DNA of 64,000 bases from Okamejei kenojei (lineage: Eukaryota). The notes below the pieces were generated by a model. That model saw nothing but the letters and a program-made list of their open reading frames with translations. It was not told the DNA's origin and searched no databases. Of the stretch, positions 12,398 to 25,854 are shown piece by piece (within the stretch, counting starts at the first letter, position 1; each line of letters opens with the position of its first letter). The position numbers were made by a program, and so were the translations under genes. The DNA is taken from the NCBI GenBank assembly GCA_035221665.1, contig CM069135.1, positions 100,316,001-100,380,000 of the forward strand, in the 5' to 3' direction.

Positions 12398-12869
12398 TAA
12401 AACTAAACCCTAGCTTATATCCAATACCAGTATCTTGACGTACTTTTTTTTATCACATAACAGGATTGGGAGAAGGAGCAGACATTCTGCAAAATGATAT
12501 CTTAATCACAGGTTTGCGTAGATTGTGACAGTTTCTCTCTCAAGCTGTGTGACTGCATCGAGTCACACTTCAGCAGGATAACTGCAGAGGCAGCAGTGGG
12601 ATAGTGCAATCTGTACCATCACAGGGGGTCCAGAGCGCATCGGTGAAACGGGACCAACACAATAGTAATAAGTGTTTCAAGGCACAAGTGATCCTTGCAT
12701 GACGGGCGCACTTGCTGTTAATTTCCAGTGTGAAATTCTCCATCAGTGCCACGCATGTTGAGCAAGTGAGAGGCAGACGGATATGGAGAGGAGGGGGGTG
12801 GTGGTGCCATGGTGCAGAGAGAGATCGCTGGAAACTGATTGCCTTCTACTCAGAAAAGGGTTGAGTGTG

Positions 12870-13165
12870 GTGTGTGTGTGAGTGAGTGAGAGAGAGAGAG
12901 AGGGAGAGAGGGAGGGGCAGGGGGAGAGAAGGGAAAGTGGGAAAGAGGGGAAAGAGAGAGAAGGGAGAGTGTGAGAGAGAGAGGGAGAGAGGAGTGAGAG
13001 AGAGTGAAAGTGAGAGAGAGGGAGAGTAGGACAGAAGAGGAAGGAGAGTGAGATAGGAGAGAGGGAGAGAGAGAGGTGGAGAGAAAGGGAGAGAGAGGCT
13101 AGTGAAAGGGGAAGGACGAGGGAGAGGCAGGGACAGCAGGAGAGAGAGAGGGGAGAGAGAAAGAG
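12870..13165. repeat. GA-rich polypurine low-complexity tract
   Basis: (GT)n followed by ~280 nt almost entirely G/A. Confidence 0.9.
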
Positions 13166-13659
13166 TATGGTGAAATGGAATATGCAGAAGGAACAATTGA
13201 ACTAAGTGTGTGAAGGTCAGGTCTGATCTGTATAGCACCACAGGGTGAACAGAGTATGGTTGCTATTATCCAAGAGCACTCAGATGAAAAGTAATTTTTG
13301 ACAGCTCAGACAAACAATTAGACTGTAATGGCACGCTTACTTACTGAGGGAAGAAAGGATTGGGGATACGCAGCTTTCCCATATTAACAGAGCCTGCAGC
13401 AAACTCTGGCCGTGGCACTCACTACAGCAACTGCCCACTCCGCTCACAGTCATGGTAAGATGGGAGACAGCTTAGAGATCTGTTTCTCATGAAATGACAA
13501 CACCACTTGACCATTCTGATATTTGTACGTTTAATCCACGGACAGCTATGAGAGCACATGCATTGACGTTACAAGAGATTTAGACTTCTGTGTGTTACCT
13601 GTATTTGTCAACTCTTTTCATTAACATGATTGGAACGGTATAGAATTTACAGCACGTAA

Positions 13660-13882
13660 ACGGAGTTGTACGTTCTCCCAGTGACCGCGCGGGTTTACCC
13701 CGGGTTTTCCGGTTTCCTCCCACACTCCAAAGACGTACCAGTTTGTAGGTTAATTGGCTTTGATAAAAATTGTAAATTGTCCCTGATGTATAGGATAGTG
13801 CTAGTGTAGGGGGTGATCGCTGGTCGGTGTGGACTCAGTGGGCCGAAGGGCCTCTAAACTAAACTAAACTAAACCAAACCTA
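13660..13882 (+). mobile_element. HE1-like SINE, 5'-truncated
   Basis: Core and (CTAAA)n tail. Confidence 0.8.
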
Positions 13883-14414
13883 AATGGAATATGCACTTGT
13901 TTATGTTTCAAAGGAGTCTTCTCTCTACTATTACCATGCCCTCCCATGCCATTCTCTCTCATCCAGCTTGTCCATGCATGCGTCAAGGCAGTAAATGAGG
14001 CTCACACTGACATTTCCAACCTGGATTTTGCACAATTGTACATGTTTGGACTTGACACCGGATAGCAATTAGCATCAGCGCATGAGGCCCTTAAATCAAA
14101 CCTTTGCTCGGGATTCACTCTGAGGCAAATGCTGAGCTGAGTCGATGCGCCGGGAACGCATTTACCCTGAATACACAAAAGGTGAAGCGTGTGAACAAGC
14201 TCACGATGAAATAGCTCTCTGCCATGTGGCCCGTCACAACCCCAAAGTATGGATATCATGTGTGGACCCGCCTTCCTCAAAGGAGCTTCTCACTTTAGTG
14301 ACCACTTTCATTCTGGCACTGGTACAACCCTTGGAATGAGATATCCTCTGGCCTTTTTGATCCAAGCTGCTTCTGTGAATAAGGATGATCTAACGGTTAA
14401 AATGGGGAAAATGC

Positions 14415-14893
14415 AGCCCTCTCTCTCCCGCCCACCCTTCCGCTCTTGCTATCCCCCTTCGCTCTTAATCTCTCTCTCCTCTCTCTCCCTCCTCCTCCCT
14501 CCCTGTCTTCCCACCTCACTACCCCCTTCTACTCTCTCCCTCCCTCCTTGCCCTCTCACTATCCACTTCTCCCTCTACCTCCCGCTCCTCTCTCCCCCTC
14601 TCTGTCCTACCCCCTCTCTCTCTCTCCTCTCTTTCCTACTCACTCCCTTATACACCCCTCTCTCTCTCCCTCCTTCCCATCTTACTACCCCATCTCCCTC
14701 TCCCTCTTTCTCCTCTCTCCCCCTCTCTGTCCCTCTCTCACTACCCCCTTCTAAACACTCTCTCCCTCCCTCCCTCTCTCACTACCACTTCCCTCTCTCT
14801 TCCCCTCTCACTCCCTCCTCCTTCTCCATTTCCCACCCTCCCTTCCCCTCTCACTACCCCCTCCTGCATCCCCTTTCTCTCTCTCGCACACAC
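14415..14893. repeat. CT-rich polypyrimidine low-complexity tract
   Basis: ~480 nt of C/T with a recurring ctcactacccc unit, ending in (CA)n. Confidence 0.9.
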
Positions 14894-15262
14894 ATAACCC
14901 TTCATATCACCATGGAAAATCTCGTTTGTGCTTCATCATATGCCCTGATACTGCAAGTTAAAACAGTGAAGTAGACTTGCTTAACGTGGAATCAGTGGGG
15001 AATAACCCAGTTATAGTTCAGGTCTAAGCAAAGCAAAAATGTTTAAAAGTGTCATCTGTGTTCCCAGGACATTCTGTACTTCAGAGTTAATGACTCACGT
15101 TTGATATGTATTTATCCAAGGAGGTGAAAAGCCAGAATGATCGAACAGTAGATCAAAAAATAATGAAGCAAATTGATGTTTATCGAGGTAAAAATGTTGG
15201 CAAGAAATCACCCTACTCTTCAAATAATGTCACAGTTTCTTTGCCATCCATGCAAATTGATA

Positions 15263-16250
15263 GTTTAGTTTAGTTTAGTTTAGTTTATTGTCACATGTAC
15301 CGAGGTACAGTGAAAAGCTTATGTTGCGTGCTATCCAGTCAGCGGAAAGACAACACATGATCACAATCGAACCATCCACGGTGTACAGATACATGATAAA
15401 AAAGGAATAACATGAATAACGCTTAGTGCAAGTTAGTCCAGTAAAGTCCGATCAAAGACAGTCCAAGGGTCTCCAATGAGGTCGATAATAGCTCAGGACT
15501 GCTCTCGAATTATTGGTAGGATGGTTCAGTTCCCTGATAACAGTCGGGAAGAAACTGCCCCATAATCTGGAAGTGTGCGCTTTCACACCTCTACCTTTTG
15601 CCCGATGGGTGAGGGGAGAAGAGGGAGTGGCCAGGGTGCGACTCATCCTTGATTATGTTGCTGGCCTTGCCGAGGCAGCGTGAGGTGTAAATGGAGGCAA
15701 TGGAAGGAAGGTTGGTTTGTGTGATGGTCTGGCGTGCGTCCACAATTCTCTACAATATCTTGTGGCCTTGGATGGAGCCGTTCCCAAACCATGCTGTGCT
15801 GCTTCCCGATAAAATGCTTTCTACGGCGCATCTGTAGAAGTTGGTAAAAGTAGTTGGGGACATGCTGAACTTCCTAAGCCTTCTAAGCATTGGTGTGCTT
15901 TATTGCCCATTGCTTCAATATGGGTAGTCCAGGACAAGTTGCTGTGATAATTACTCCTAGGAATTTGAAGCTTTCAACCATCTCTACTTCAGCGCCATCA
16001 ATGCAGACCGGGGTATATGTACTGCTTCGCTTCCTGAAGTCGATCACTTTCTCCTTTGTCTTGTTGACATTGAGAGAAAGATTGGTGTCTGGACACCAGG
16101 ACACCAGGTTCTCAATCTTCTCCCTGCACTCCGTCTCATCATTATTTGATATCCGGCTCACAACGGTGGGTGCCGTCTGCGAATTTGTGAATTGAATTGG
16201 ATTTGTACATGCTTGCACAGTCGTGGGTTTGCAAGGAGTAAAGAAGGGGG
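15263..16250 (-). mobile_element. Rex/Babar LINE RT fragment plus 3' UTR
   Basis: ISNNDETECREKIENLVSWC..NLSLNVNKTKEKVIDFRK, VESFKFLGVII. (CTAAA)n tail at 15263-15287. Confidence 0.85.
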
Positions 16251-17346
16251 CTCTCGATTTAACTTAATTTCTGACTGCACCACCTCTACAATTCAGTGTT
16301 TTTTCAGTAAGTCCAGGAGCTGGGTACGAATCTGGACTGAACTGGAGATAAAAGCACGAATCACTGAGCCCAACCATCACAATGTGGACGGCTCGACTGT
16401 AATCATGCAGAGTCCTAGGTTAACGCACAACAAAAAAGCTTTTCAATGTACCTCGACACAAGTGACAATAGACTAAACTAAACTATTGCCTTACAGTGCC
16501 AGAGACACGGGTTCGATCCTGACTACGGGCGCTCGTTTGACGGAGGAGGTGGTTGAGGCAGGCACTATCAAAGCGTTTAAGAAACATTTGGACAAGTACA
16601 TGGATAGGATAGGTTTAGAGGGATATGGGCCAAATGTAGGTATGTGGGGCTAGGGTAGATGGGGCGTGGGCAAGTTGGATCAAAGGGCATTCTACGGTGT
16701 ATGACTCTATGACTATGAGATATTAACCAAAGTGAACGCATATTGTGCCATCCCTTTTTAAACCAAAGCAAACAATTGCAGACGGTCGGGGAAGTAGCTG
16801 AAGAGTACAATCCTGCCATCAGCGACGTAAGGAAATGGATATGCTCCAAAGGGATCTGGAGCTGGCATTAATCCAGTGAATCTGCACCGCCGTTTCAGAA
16901 CAAAATGGACGCTGTGCAGTGCCTCAAGGAAGTATTGTCAAATTAGAATATCTGAAAAGGTTCAAAATGATAAATCAAAGCATCAATAATTAAGTGCTTC
17001 CCTCTAACAGTAATTACCCTGGCAGTCAATTATCCATGTTATAATCACTGACGACTTAACTCCTCAGCTTATTCCAATACACAGCTCCAAATACCAGTGG
17101 GCCAATGAGCCCTTATCAACTAATGGAGAGGAAGGAAAGAGGTGGTTGAATTAGCAGTGGAGGATCTCTGCCAGCTTGCAAGTTGTTCCTTTCTGATATT
17201 TTTTCCATTGCCCTCAGGTTAAAAATCTATCCTTTTTACTTTGGGTTTCTACAGTGCTATTTTAACTTCAATGCAGAAACAATTAACAAAATTGAGGCCC
17301 ATGAAATTAAAGGTCGGTAGTAGCTTGGAAGGAAAATTGGCTTAAA

Positions 17347-17547
17347 GGCAGACAGCAGAGGGTTGTGGTTAAAAGATGTTTTTCAGTCTGGAGGATGGCA
17401 GAGAGAGGTGTCCCAAATGGATCACTGCTGGGACCACTGTATATAAAAATATAAACAGCGGTCCCAGCAAGAAATCATTTGGGACAGCATCCTCTACTAT
17501 CCTCAGTCTGAAGAGCATTCTTTAACCACATACTTCTGTTATCCGCC
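17347..17547. repeat. Imperfect fold-back (~97-bp arms) of an old CR1 RT fragment
   Basis: The left arm aligns with the reverse complement of the right arm (tgtggttaaa, ttcag.ctg, tgtcccaaatg, tgctgggacc.ctgt.tata). The left arm reads RQQRVVV...GVPNGSLLGPL. Confidence 0.75.
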
Positions 17548-18984
17548 ATAGAGTCCTACAGCGTGGTAACTGGCTCTTCGACCTAACTTGCCCACACCGA
17601 CCAACATGCCCCATCTACACTAGTCTCACCCGCCCGCGCCTGGTTTGAGGATTTCATAGAAGCATTTACAATCATAAAGAGCATAGACATAGCAGACAAA
17701 GGCCAGCCTTGGGTTATGAATGCCCACCATAAGGATTCTATGTACAAATGAGCCTATGTGTGCCTATGTTCGTTCCCACGAACAGCATAACTAGTTTCCT
17801 CTCTCTATCCACTTTTAGTCATTATTCGTTGTTAACGTTCTTATGTGTTTTGACGCCATTTGTCACAATACGGTGGCGACCTGGTGGCCAAGTAGAGTGA
17901 ATTTTGTAGTCTTTCCATTGTTCTGAAATTTGTGCACCTTCCGACTTTCCCAGTTTTGTGTACTCCCTGACTTGCAGACGAATATCTTCCGGACATCCGT
18001 AGAAACGGTTTGTTTACAAGGGGACGGCCTGGAGTGAGAAACTGTGCTCATTAGCAAAAGGGTCCAAGGGCCAAATGTGTCCTCGGGCCAACTTCCTGCA
18101 CAGTGCGGGTTTAGTGTCTGAAACGCATGATCCGTGTTGGTTGTTCTACCTATTCAATAGCAGCATAGATAAGGTCACTTGATATATACAGCATAGAACA
18201 GTCCAACACAGCAACAGCCATTTTGGCCCACTGTGCCCGCGTCAAACATGGCGCCAAGTAAAATTAAACTCCTCTGCTTGCATGTGATCCATATCCCATT
18301 AAATGGCATTTTCACATCTGTGTCCACCATCTATGCCTCTCATAAATTCATATTCTTCTATCAGGTCTCCCCACAACCTCCAAAGTTTCATGGAAAACAA
18401 TCCCAGTTTGTCCAACCACTCCTTACAGGAATTGAAGAAGAGTTCCAACCCAAAACGTCACCTATTTCTCTTCTTGAGAGATGCTGCCAGACCCGCTGAG
18501 TTGCTCCAGCATTTTGTGTCTATTTTCGGTATAAACCAGCATCTGCAGTACCTTCCTGCACTTTTTGTCTCCTTATGCAGGTAATACCCTCTAATCCAGG
18601 CAACAAATATTCAAAAGGGAAGGCTGGAGAGGTGTTAGAAGAGTGTGACTAGATCGACTGTTCTAACAAAGCATTAGAATAAACTGTCTTCCTTTTGCTC
18701 TGTGTCTGTTCTGTTATTTTCTGATGCTGTGGAGCATCAAAAATGGTTGAGAAATGTGGTAGACACGTTCAAGAATAGGACTGCTTTTGATGAGATAGGG
18801 GGGATCTGTCCCCATTAACAGATAGCTCAAGGACCAATGAGTAACGATTTAAAATTTGAAAAAAAGTCAGTCTTTCAAATGTCTTTTATGACAAAATTGT
18901 ATTCACTTCTACAGCTTTCCCTGGCAGCTCATTCCGGACAGGGATTAGTCGCTGAGTGAAAAGGTTGCTTTTACTTTATATTTT

Positions 18985-19285
18985 GGACTTTAGAGATACT
19001 GTAAGGAAACAGGCCTATTGGCCATTGAGTCCGTGCCGACCAGTGATCACCTCTTACACTAGCACTATCCTACATACTAGGGACAACTTACAATTTTACC
19101 AAAGCCAATTAATTTGCAAACCTATATGTCTTTGGAGTGTGGGGGGAAACTGGAGCACCTGGAGAAAACCCACACGGTCACAGGGAGAACGTACACACTC
19201 CATACATACAGAACCCATAGTCAGGATTGAACTTGGGTCTCTGGTGCTGTAAGGCGCGAACTCTACTGCTGCGCCACCGTGCCAC
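18985..19285 (-). mobile_element. HE1-like SINE
   Basis: Reverse-complement match to the SINE consensus. Confidence 0.85.
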
Positions 19286-19597
19286 CTCGAGGTTCTTTTT
19301 CATTCTCTTCCCTCTCACCTTCAGCCTATGCCCTCGAAAGACTGTGAGCATTCACTTTATCCACACCCTTCATGAACTTGTACACCTCATTAAGGTCCCC
19401 AGTAGCCTCCTATCCTCCAAAGATATATGTCCCCGCCTATCCGTCTTCTCCCTACTATTCATGATGTCCCAACTTTTGTATTCAATACCCTTCCCAACAA
19501 AGGAAAGTGTGCCAAAAGTCTTCTTCATCACCCTTCATTCACCACTTTCAGATCTACATCAGTCTCAAGGGTTCTATCATTTACTGTTTCTGTCAGA

Positions 19598-19860
19598 ATG
19601 GCACAGTGATAGAGTTGCTGCCTTACAGCGCCAGAGACCCGGGTTCGATCCTTACCACAGGTACGGAGTTTGTATGTTCTCTCTGTGACCCCGTGGGCTT
19701 TCTCCGGGTGCTCTGGTTTCCTCCCACATCCCACAGGTTTGTAGGTTGATTGGCTTTGGTAAAATTGTAAATTGTTCCTAGTGTGTGGGATAGTGTTAGT
19801 GTACGGGGTGATCGCTGGCCAGCGCGCTCGGTGGGTCTGTTTCCACTCTGTATCTCAACA
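19598..19860 (+). mobile_element. HE1-like SINE
   Basis: Head agagttgctgccttacagcgccagagacccgggttcgatcc and core. Confidence 0.85.
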
Positions 19861-20153
19861 AACAAAGTGTCGTGCCATGGTTTGACATATCAACGAGCAA
19901 CATCTCACATTTGTCAGAGTTAAATTCCATTTGCCATTTCTTGGCCCACTTTGCCGACTGATCTGGATCCTGTGGTAAACTTTGATATCCTTCCTCAGTG
20001 TCCACTATACCACAAATGTTGGTGTCATCTACATATTTACTAAAATGTCAACTAACAACAGTGAATCCTGCGGCACTTCACCGATCTCCAATCAGAAAAA
20101 CAATCCTCCGCAACTATCCTTTGACTCCTTCCTCAAAGCTTGAATCCTATTGT

Positions 20154-20319
20154 GTAAGAAGGAACTGGATTACACCGAAGATAGACGCAAAGTGCTGGAG
20201 TAACTCAGCGAGTCAGGCAGCATCTCTGGAGAAAAAGAATAGGTGACGTTTCGGGTCGAGACCCTTCTGCAGACCGTCTGAAGAAGTGTCTCGACCCGAA
20301 ACATCACCTATTCCTTTTC
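20154..20319. mobile_element. Palindromic Penelope-derived mini-element with 11-bp TSD
   Basis: Head-to-head ...cccttctgcagac c gtctgaagaag... AATCCTATTGT at 20143-20153 and 20320-20330. Sits within an old CR1 fragment. Confidence 0.8.
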
Positions 20320-21584
20320 AATCCTATTGTTTAGCTCACCTGGGATTCCATGTGATCTAACCCTCCAAACTACCCTAACATGTGGATCTTGTCAAAGGCT
20401 TTTCAGAAGTCCATATACACATTATGCACTTGCCCTTCCCTCGTCAATCCTCTTGGTTACCTCTCCAAAAAAAGTCTATTAGATTTGATGGATGGACATA
20501 TGAAAAAGTGTGTGTTTACGCTGTGTTGCAATGATCTGGAATTCACTGCTGTGAGGAGTAGAAACTGCTGTGAGGAGTAGAATCAGGAAGATATGGAGGC
20601 GTTTCAAAGGGAATATTTTACATTGCTTTGAGGCTGGGAATGAGACTGACTGGATCACTCTGTTGGAAGCCAACAGAGACTCATGGGATGAACAATCTTC
20701 TTTCGTGCCATGACAATTCTATCATTCTGTAGCAACAGGAGCAAAAGCTGCACCTGTCGGAATCATTCAGGCAAAGAGGTGTTCAGGGGATGCCATAGCC
20801 AGCTCACAGGGTGCCCAGATGAAGACCTATTTCTTCGCATGAATATTTCCAGCACTCCATCGAGAACAGCGTCTCAAGAAATACTTGTTTGGTGGTTACT
20901 TGCAATATCCTGAGTGGTGTAAACGCATGATAGTTGCAAGCCTTTCATTTAAAAAAACGATGCTTTTCTAAATCTGCATCCACCACAACACCTGGTAGGA
21001 TGTTCCAGACATCCAGCTCTCGCTGTGTAAATAATCTTACCATGCACATCAACATAACCAATGTATCTGCTGCACACAATTGTATTAGTCAGAACGCCAA
21101 TGCCTGATCAACCAGATTAACCAGTCCTTTCCCCATAGAGTCTTTCAGCAAGCAGGAAGAACATTCTTGAGAGTTTGCCACTGTGATTGATATCTTTCAC
21201 TTCATTGATTGTGCATGTGCACTAGAACATATGCTGGAATCAGTAGGGCATAGAAAAAGCTACCAGTCCACTAATCTCCAAGCACAGTACCAAAGGAATG
21301 CGTATTCAGGCTGGTACTCCATAAGGTCACTAGGTCATAAGGAATAGAAGTAGAATTAGGCCGTTCGGCCCATCAAGTCTACTCCATCATTCAATCATGG
21401 CTGATCTACCTCTCCCACCTAACCCCATACTCCAGGAAGTACTTCCTTCAGTGTAGTCAGCAAGATTCGTGGGAATGAGTTGCTTTCTTCTCAGATGGTT
21501 CAAGGCAACCCTTCACACCCGTGCCATGTTTGTGTGATGTGGATAGAATCAAAGGAAAGGCTGAATAATTATTACGCATAATTG

Positions 21585-21890
21585 GGTAGTGCAGTGGTAG
21601 AGTTACTGCCTCACAACACAAGAGACTCAGGTTTGATCCTGACTATGATGCTGTCTCTCTCTGTAGAGTTTGTAGTTCTTCCTGCGACCACGTGGGTTAT
21701 CTCCGGGTGCTCCGGTTTCTTCCCACATCCCAAAGACGTGCAGGTTTGGAGGTTAGTTGGCTTTGGTAAAATTGCCACTCGTGTGTAGGTTAGTAAGTGG
21801 GATAACATAGAATGGTGTATGGATGATCGATGGTTGGCATGGACCCGGTGGGCCAAAGGGCTGTTTCCATGCTGTATCTCTAAACTAAAA
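21585..21890 (+). mobile_element. HE1-like SINE
   Basis: Matches the SINE consensus. Confidence 0.8.
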
Positions 21891-21962
21891 TTAAAATAAT
21901 TATGTTGGACAGCCAAATATTCAAGTCCAAGCTGCTTCTCTTCTATTAGGAGGGTATTTAGC

Positions 21963-22255
21963 TAAGTTTAGTTTAGAGATACAGTGTAGAAACAGGCCCT
22001 TCAGCCCACCAAGTCCATACCGACCAACGATTCCCAAAAACTAGTTCCGTCCTACAGACTAGGGACAATTTACAGGCCAATTAACCTACAAACCTGCACT
22101 TCTTTGGAGTCTGGGAGGAAACCGGAGCACCCGGAGGAAACCCACATGGTCACGGGGAGAATGTAGAAACTCCGTACAAACAGCACCCATAGTCAGCATC
22201 AAACCCAGGTCTCTGGCGCTGTAAGGCAGCAACTCTACTGCCGCCACTGTGCCAT
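21963..22255 (-). mobile_element. HE1-like SINE
   Basis: Reverse-complement match to the SINE consensus. Confidence 0.85.
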
Positions 22256-22796
22256 CGCTGTGTGGCTTGCATGGAAATTGTGTAAGCGAATGGGAATACG
22301 GTGCATCCTTCAGTGAAGCCTGAATGTAGAGGATGCAAAATAATTGCAGCTGTCACCAGTGAAAGAAGGAGAAGCAGAGTGAAAGCAGGAGGGAGAAGGT
22401 GGTCACCACTAAACCTTACAGCAAAATACACAAGGGCAGCTTATTGCTCAGTGGTTCTTGCCTTGAAAATTCATACTAAGGCCTAAAACATAATACTTCT
22501 TGCTATATATTTCATTGGTAATCCTGTATTAAATATTAAAAACTTTCAACCAGCTTCTTTGTGGAAGATGTACTGAGTATACTGACTCAGAGGCTGCTAA
22601 GATACCGACCCTGAGAATCTGACGCACTAATTGCAAAAAGCTGGAGAATTTAATTTCCAATAAAACAATTGTCTTCCAGTCAATTGTCACTTGACAGCCA
22701 ACCCGCGGTGTGTTTAGCAATTAAAAAGAGTTCCTAACTTTATAGCAGTGATCAATCACACTTCAGAAGAGCGCATTAGCTTTAAAGCACTTTGGA

Positions 22797-23290
22797 AGTT
22801 GCACCATGGAAAGCGTACTGTCGGGTTGCTGCATGGCATGCTTTGGGAACAACTCTGCCCATGACCGTAAGAAATTGCAAAGAATTGTAGATGTAACGCA
22901 GTCCATCACACAGACCACAGTTCCCACCATTAACTCCATCTACATATCAAGCTGCCGTGGAAAAGCAGCCAATTTAATCAAAGATAGACAAAAGTGCTGG
23001 AGAAACTCAAGCGGGTGAGGCAGCATCTATGGAGCGAAGGAAATGGGCAACATTTCGGGCTTAGACTGAAGAAGGGTTTTGGCCCGAAACGTTGCCTATT
23101 TCCTTCGCTCCATAGATGATGCCTCACCCGCTGAGTTTCTCCAGCACTTTTGTCTACCTTCGATTTTCCAGCATCTGCAGTTCCTTCTTAAAAATGTAAT
23201 CAAAGCGTTGTCCCAGCCCAGCCTGCTGCTCCCGCCCAGCAGAAGGTACAGAAGCTAGAGAGCGTGCATCACCAGGCTCAGGAAAAGCTT
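22797..23290 (+). mobile_element. Rex/Babar fragment interrupted by a palindromic Penelope mini-element (~22983-23192)
   Basis: ESVLSGCCMACFGN...KKLQRIVDV...KAANLIK. taatcaaag is duplicated around the insert. Confidence 0.7.
23066..23093 (+). ncRNA. Putative minimal hammerhead ribozyme motif (Penelope-associated)
   Basis: CTGAAGA-A-GGGTT TT GGCCC-GAAA-CGTT. Core nucleotides intact, local stem I poor. Confidence 0.5.
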
Positions 23291-25079
23291 AAATTCCTCA
23301 ATCTCCATTCTGAAGGTACGTCCTTCTATTCTGAGGCTGTGCCCTCTAATTCTAGGCTCTCCCATTATTGGAAACATCATCTCCCTCCCAGCCATGAATT
23401 CCTCCACAAAGATAGTCTTCAGAAAACCTGGCACAAGCCCTGGGGCTCAGTAATTGCAGGATTCAAGGTTTCAAGGGTTTCAAGGTCAAGGTCCAATGTC
23501 CACAATGGGGTAGAGGTGAATCGGATGGTATTCTAACTTATGGAAGGGCCATTCAGAAGCCTTATAACAGCGGGGAAGAAGTTATTCCTGAGTTTGGTGG
23601 TGCACGCTTTCAAACCTCTGTATCTTCTGCTTGACGGAAGCAGGAGAAGAAGAAATGACCAGGGTGGTCATTGACGTGTTGGTTGCTTTCCCAAGGCAGC
23701 ATGAAGTGTAGCCGGAGCACCACCTAACCATCTCAGGGGATACATGGGCAATCTTGCACAAACATTCCTATGTGATAGATTGGGAAGACCTTCAATCAGA
23801 CTGAGCAGAACCCCTGGAGTTATACACGCTGACCTCTTGCTGATGATGTGTTTATGGCTTCTCACATACCTCATTTCCACCTTCCCCAGGGAATACCTTC
23901 CTTTATCATTAAAATAAGGATTCAGGTATCTTTAATTTCCCCATCCTGAACATCCTCTGGAGAATTTTATCAGCAATCTCCTCCCTAGAGCAGGAATATC
24001 ACCTCGGTGAAGCATGCAGCTAACAGTTGATTTTAACCCAATGATCCGATACAATTAAAAACAAATGTATGATTTTATTATCGGGGCTATGACACATATA
24101 AAGGCATAGAATGTAATAATGCAATTTACTTCTGCACAGTGCCATGATTTATTTTTTGTGGGGAAAAAAAAAGAGTCAATTTTCCACTCTTCACAATTGA
24201 ATTTCTGAAGTTCAAATCAGTTCCATAGAACAGTGAATTTAACTGGACTTTCTGAATATTCATTCCTTGTGATTATTTGTATGTCGTTGGGATTGTTGCT
24301 GTGCACCTGCCTAAGTGGGAGGCAGAAAACCAAGTGTATTAGCGACTCCTAAGGTTCTGCGACCTCATCTTGAAGAGAACTGCCCTGAAAGCAGAGGCTG
24401 AGAGAGTGGTTTTAGCTCGCAAAAGGCTGGAAGAGGCTGGAGAGCCTAATGCAAACATGCAGAAAAAAAAAAGCGAGAAGACAAAGGTCCATCCAAATCT
24501 GCTTCAACCATGCTGTCCGTCTCATATTAAAACATTAATAAAGCTGTCGACTAATCACAGCAATCAATCCCTATCAATTATGGAACATCGGACCCAGACA
24601 TGAAACGAGAAAACCCCAGGGGTGACAGGATTTGGAAAGCAGAGAGCCAGAGCTGCTTGCTCCTGCCAACACGCTACACTTGCCACATGTTACGTCTCAT
24701 ATTACTCAAATACTCCATCCCAAAATCTTTCTTGTTCTGCGAAAAATATTTTTAACATGCATTTGAATGAATCAATACTTAGTGCTTGCATCGCCCACGG
24801 TAGGGAGCCTGTTCCACCGACTGTTCGCCTGTTCACTGGCCACAAAGGCTGAATGAGGCAGAAAAAAAAACAATGGTCCAAAACTCAAGGAATGGCGAAA
24901 TTGATGCACGGGCAGGAGTAAAGACCAGGAGTAACCAGCAAAGCACTTAAAAACGGCCATTGGAGCGTGAGGTGACGGCCAAATGTGAGTTATCCGTCCT
25001 GCTTGACTCTTCGGAGAGGAGAGCAGTAGCAATATGGCCATTGGAGCGTGAGGTGACGGCCGGAATTAATATTATATGA

Positions 25080-25312
25080 AGAAACAAAGAACTGCAGATG
25101 CTGGTTTATACCAAAGATAATGCTGGAGTAACCAAGCGGGTCAGGCAGCATCTCTGGAGAAAAGGACAGGTGACGTTTTGTGTCGGGACCTATCTTCAGA
25201 CATGACTCTGAAAAAGGACCTGAAGAAAGGTTCCGACCCGAAATGTCACCGATGCTTTACATCCAAAGATGCTGCCTGGCCCACTGAGTTATTCCAGTAC
25301 TTTGTGTCTATC
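25080..25312. mobile_element. Palindromic Penelope-derived mini-element
   Basis: Inverted arms around tcttcagac...ctgaagaaaggttccgacccgaaatgtcacc. Confidence 0.75.
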
Positions 25313-25854
25313 TTTAACATTGTATGAATTACCCAATAACGTCAAGAATACTTCACAGCGAATCATCTCAGTGCACTGGGTGTGTTCAACACAGTTTTTT
25401 CCTAACAATCTGCCACATCTTTACCTGTAAGGCCAGAGATAGTCCTAAAGGCTTCTCGTTACTCATTGCTTGTGCCCAATGTTCAGAGTTGCAGATTGGC
25501 ATGCCTACAAGTACACTTTTAAAGGGCTTTGCGCACAAAGTCAATGCAACTCAGCCAACTTACTGCCTGCCAAACACATAGTCAACCATCAACAGAAAAC
25601 AACAGACACAAAGACCCAGGAGTAACTCAAAGGGACAGGCAACATCTCTGGAGAACGTGGATGGGTGTTTCTTCAGACTGATTGCCATAACGGGGAGAAT
25701 GCTGGAAGAGAGGTGGGGGTGGGACAAAGCCAGGCATGTGAGAGATGGACAAAATGTGTAGGAAGGTACTGCAGATGCTGGTTTAAATCGAAGGCAAACA
25801 CAAAATGCAGGGGTAAATCAGCGGGACACGCAGCATCTCTGGAGAGAAGGAATG

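Noticed and set aside
12846-14974. 131-aa and 241-aa Pro/Ser/Leu-rich ORFs
   Set aside because: Translations of GA and CT low-complexity tracts.
24370-24603. Charged, helix-like 77-aa ORF as a host exon
   Set aside because: No convincing splice sites, no recognised homology, and it runs through an A-tract.
24955-25061. CRISPR-like repeat-spacer-repeat
   Set aside because: Only two repeats, a 55-bp spacer, eukaryotic context and no cas genes.
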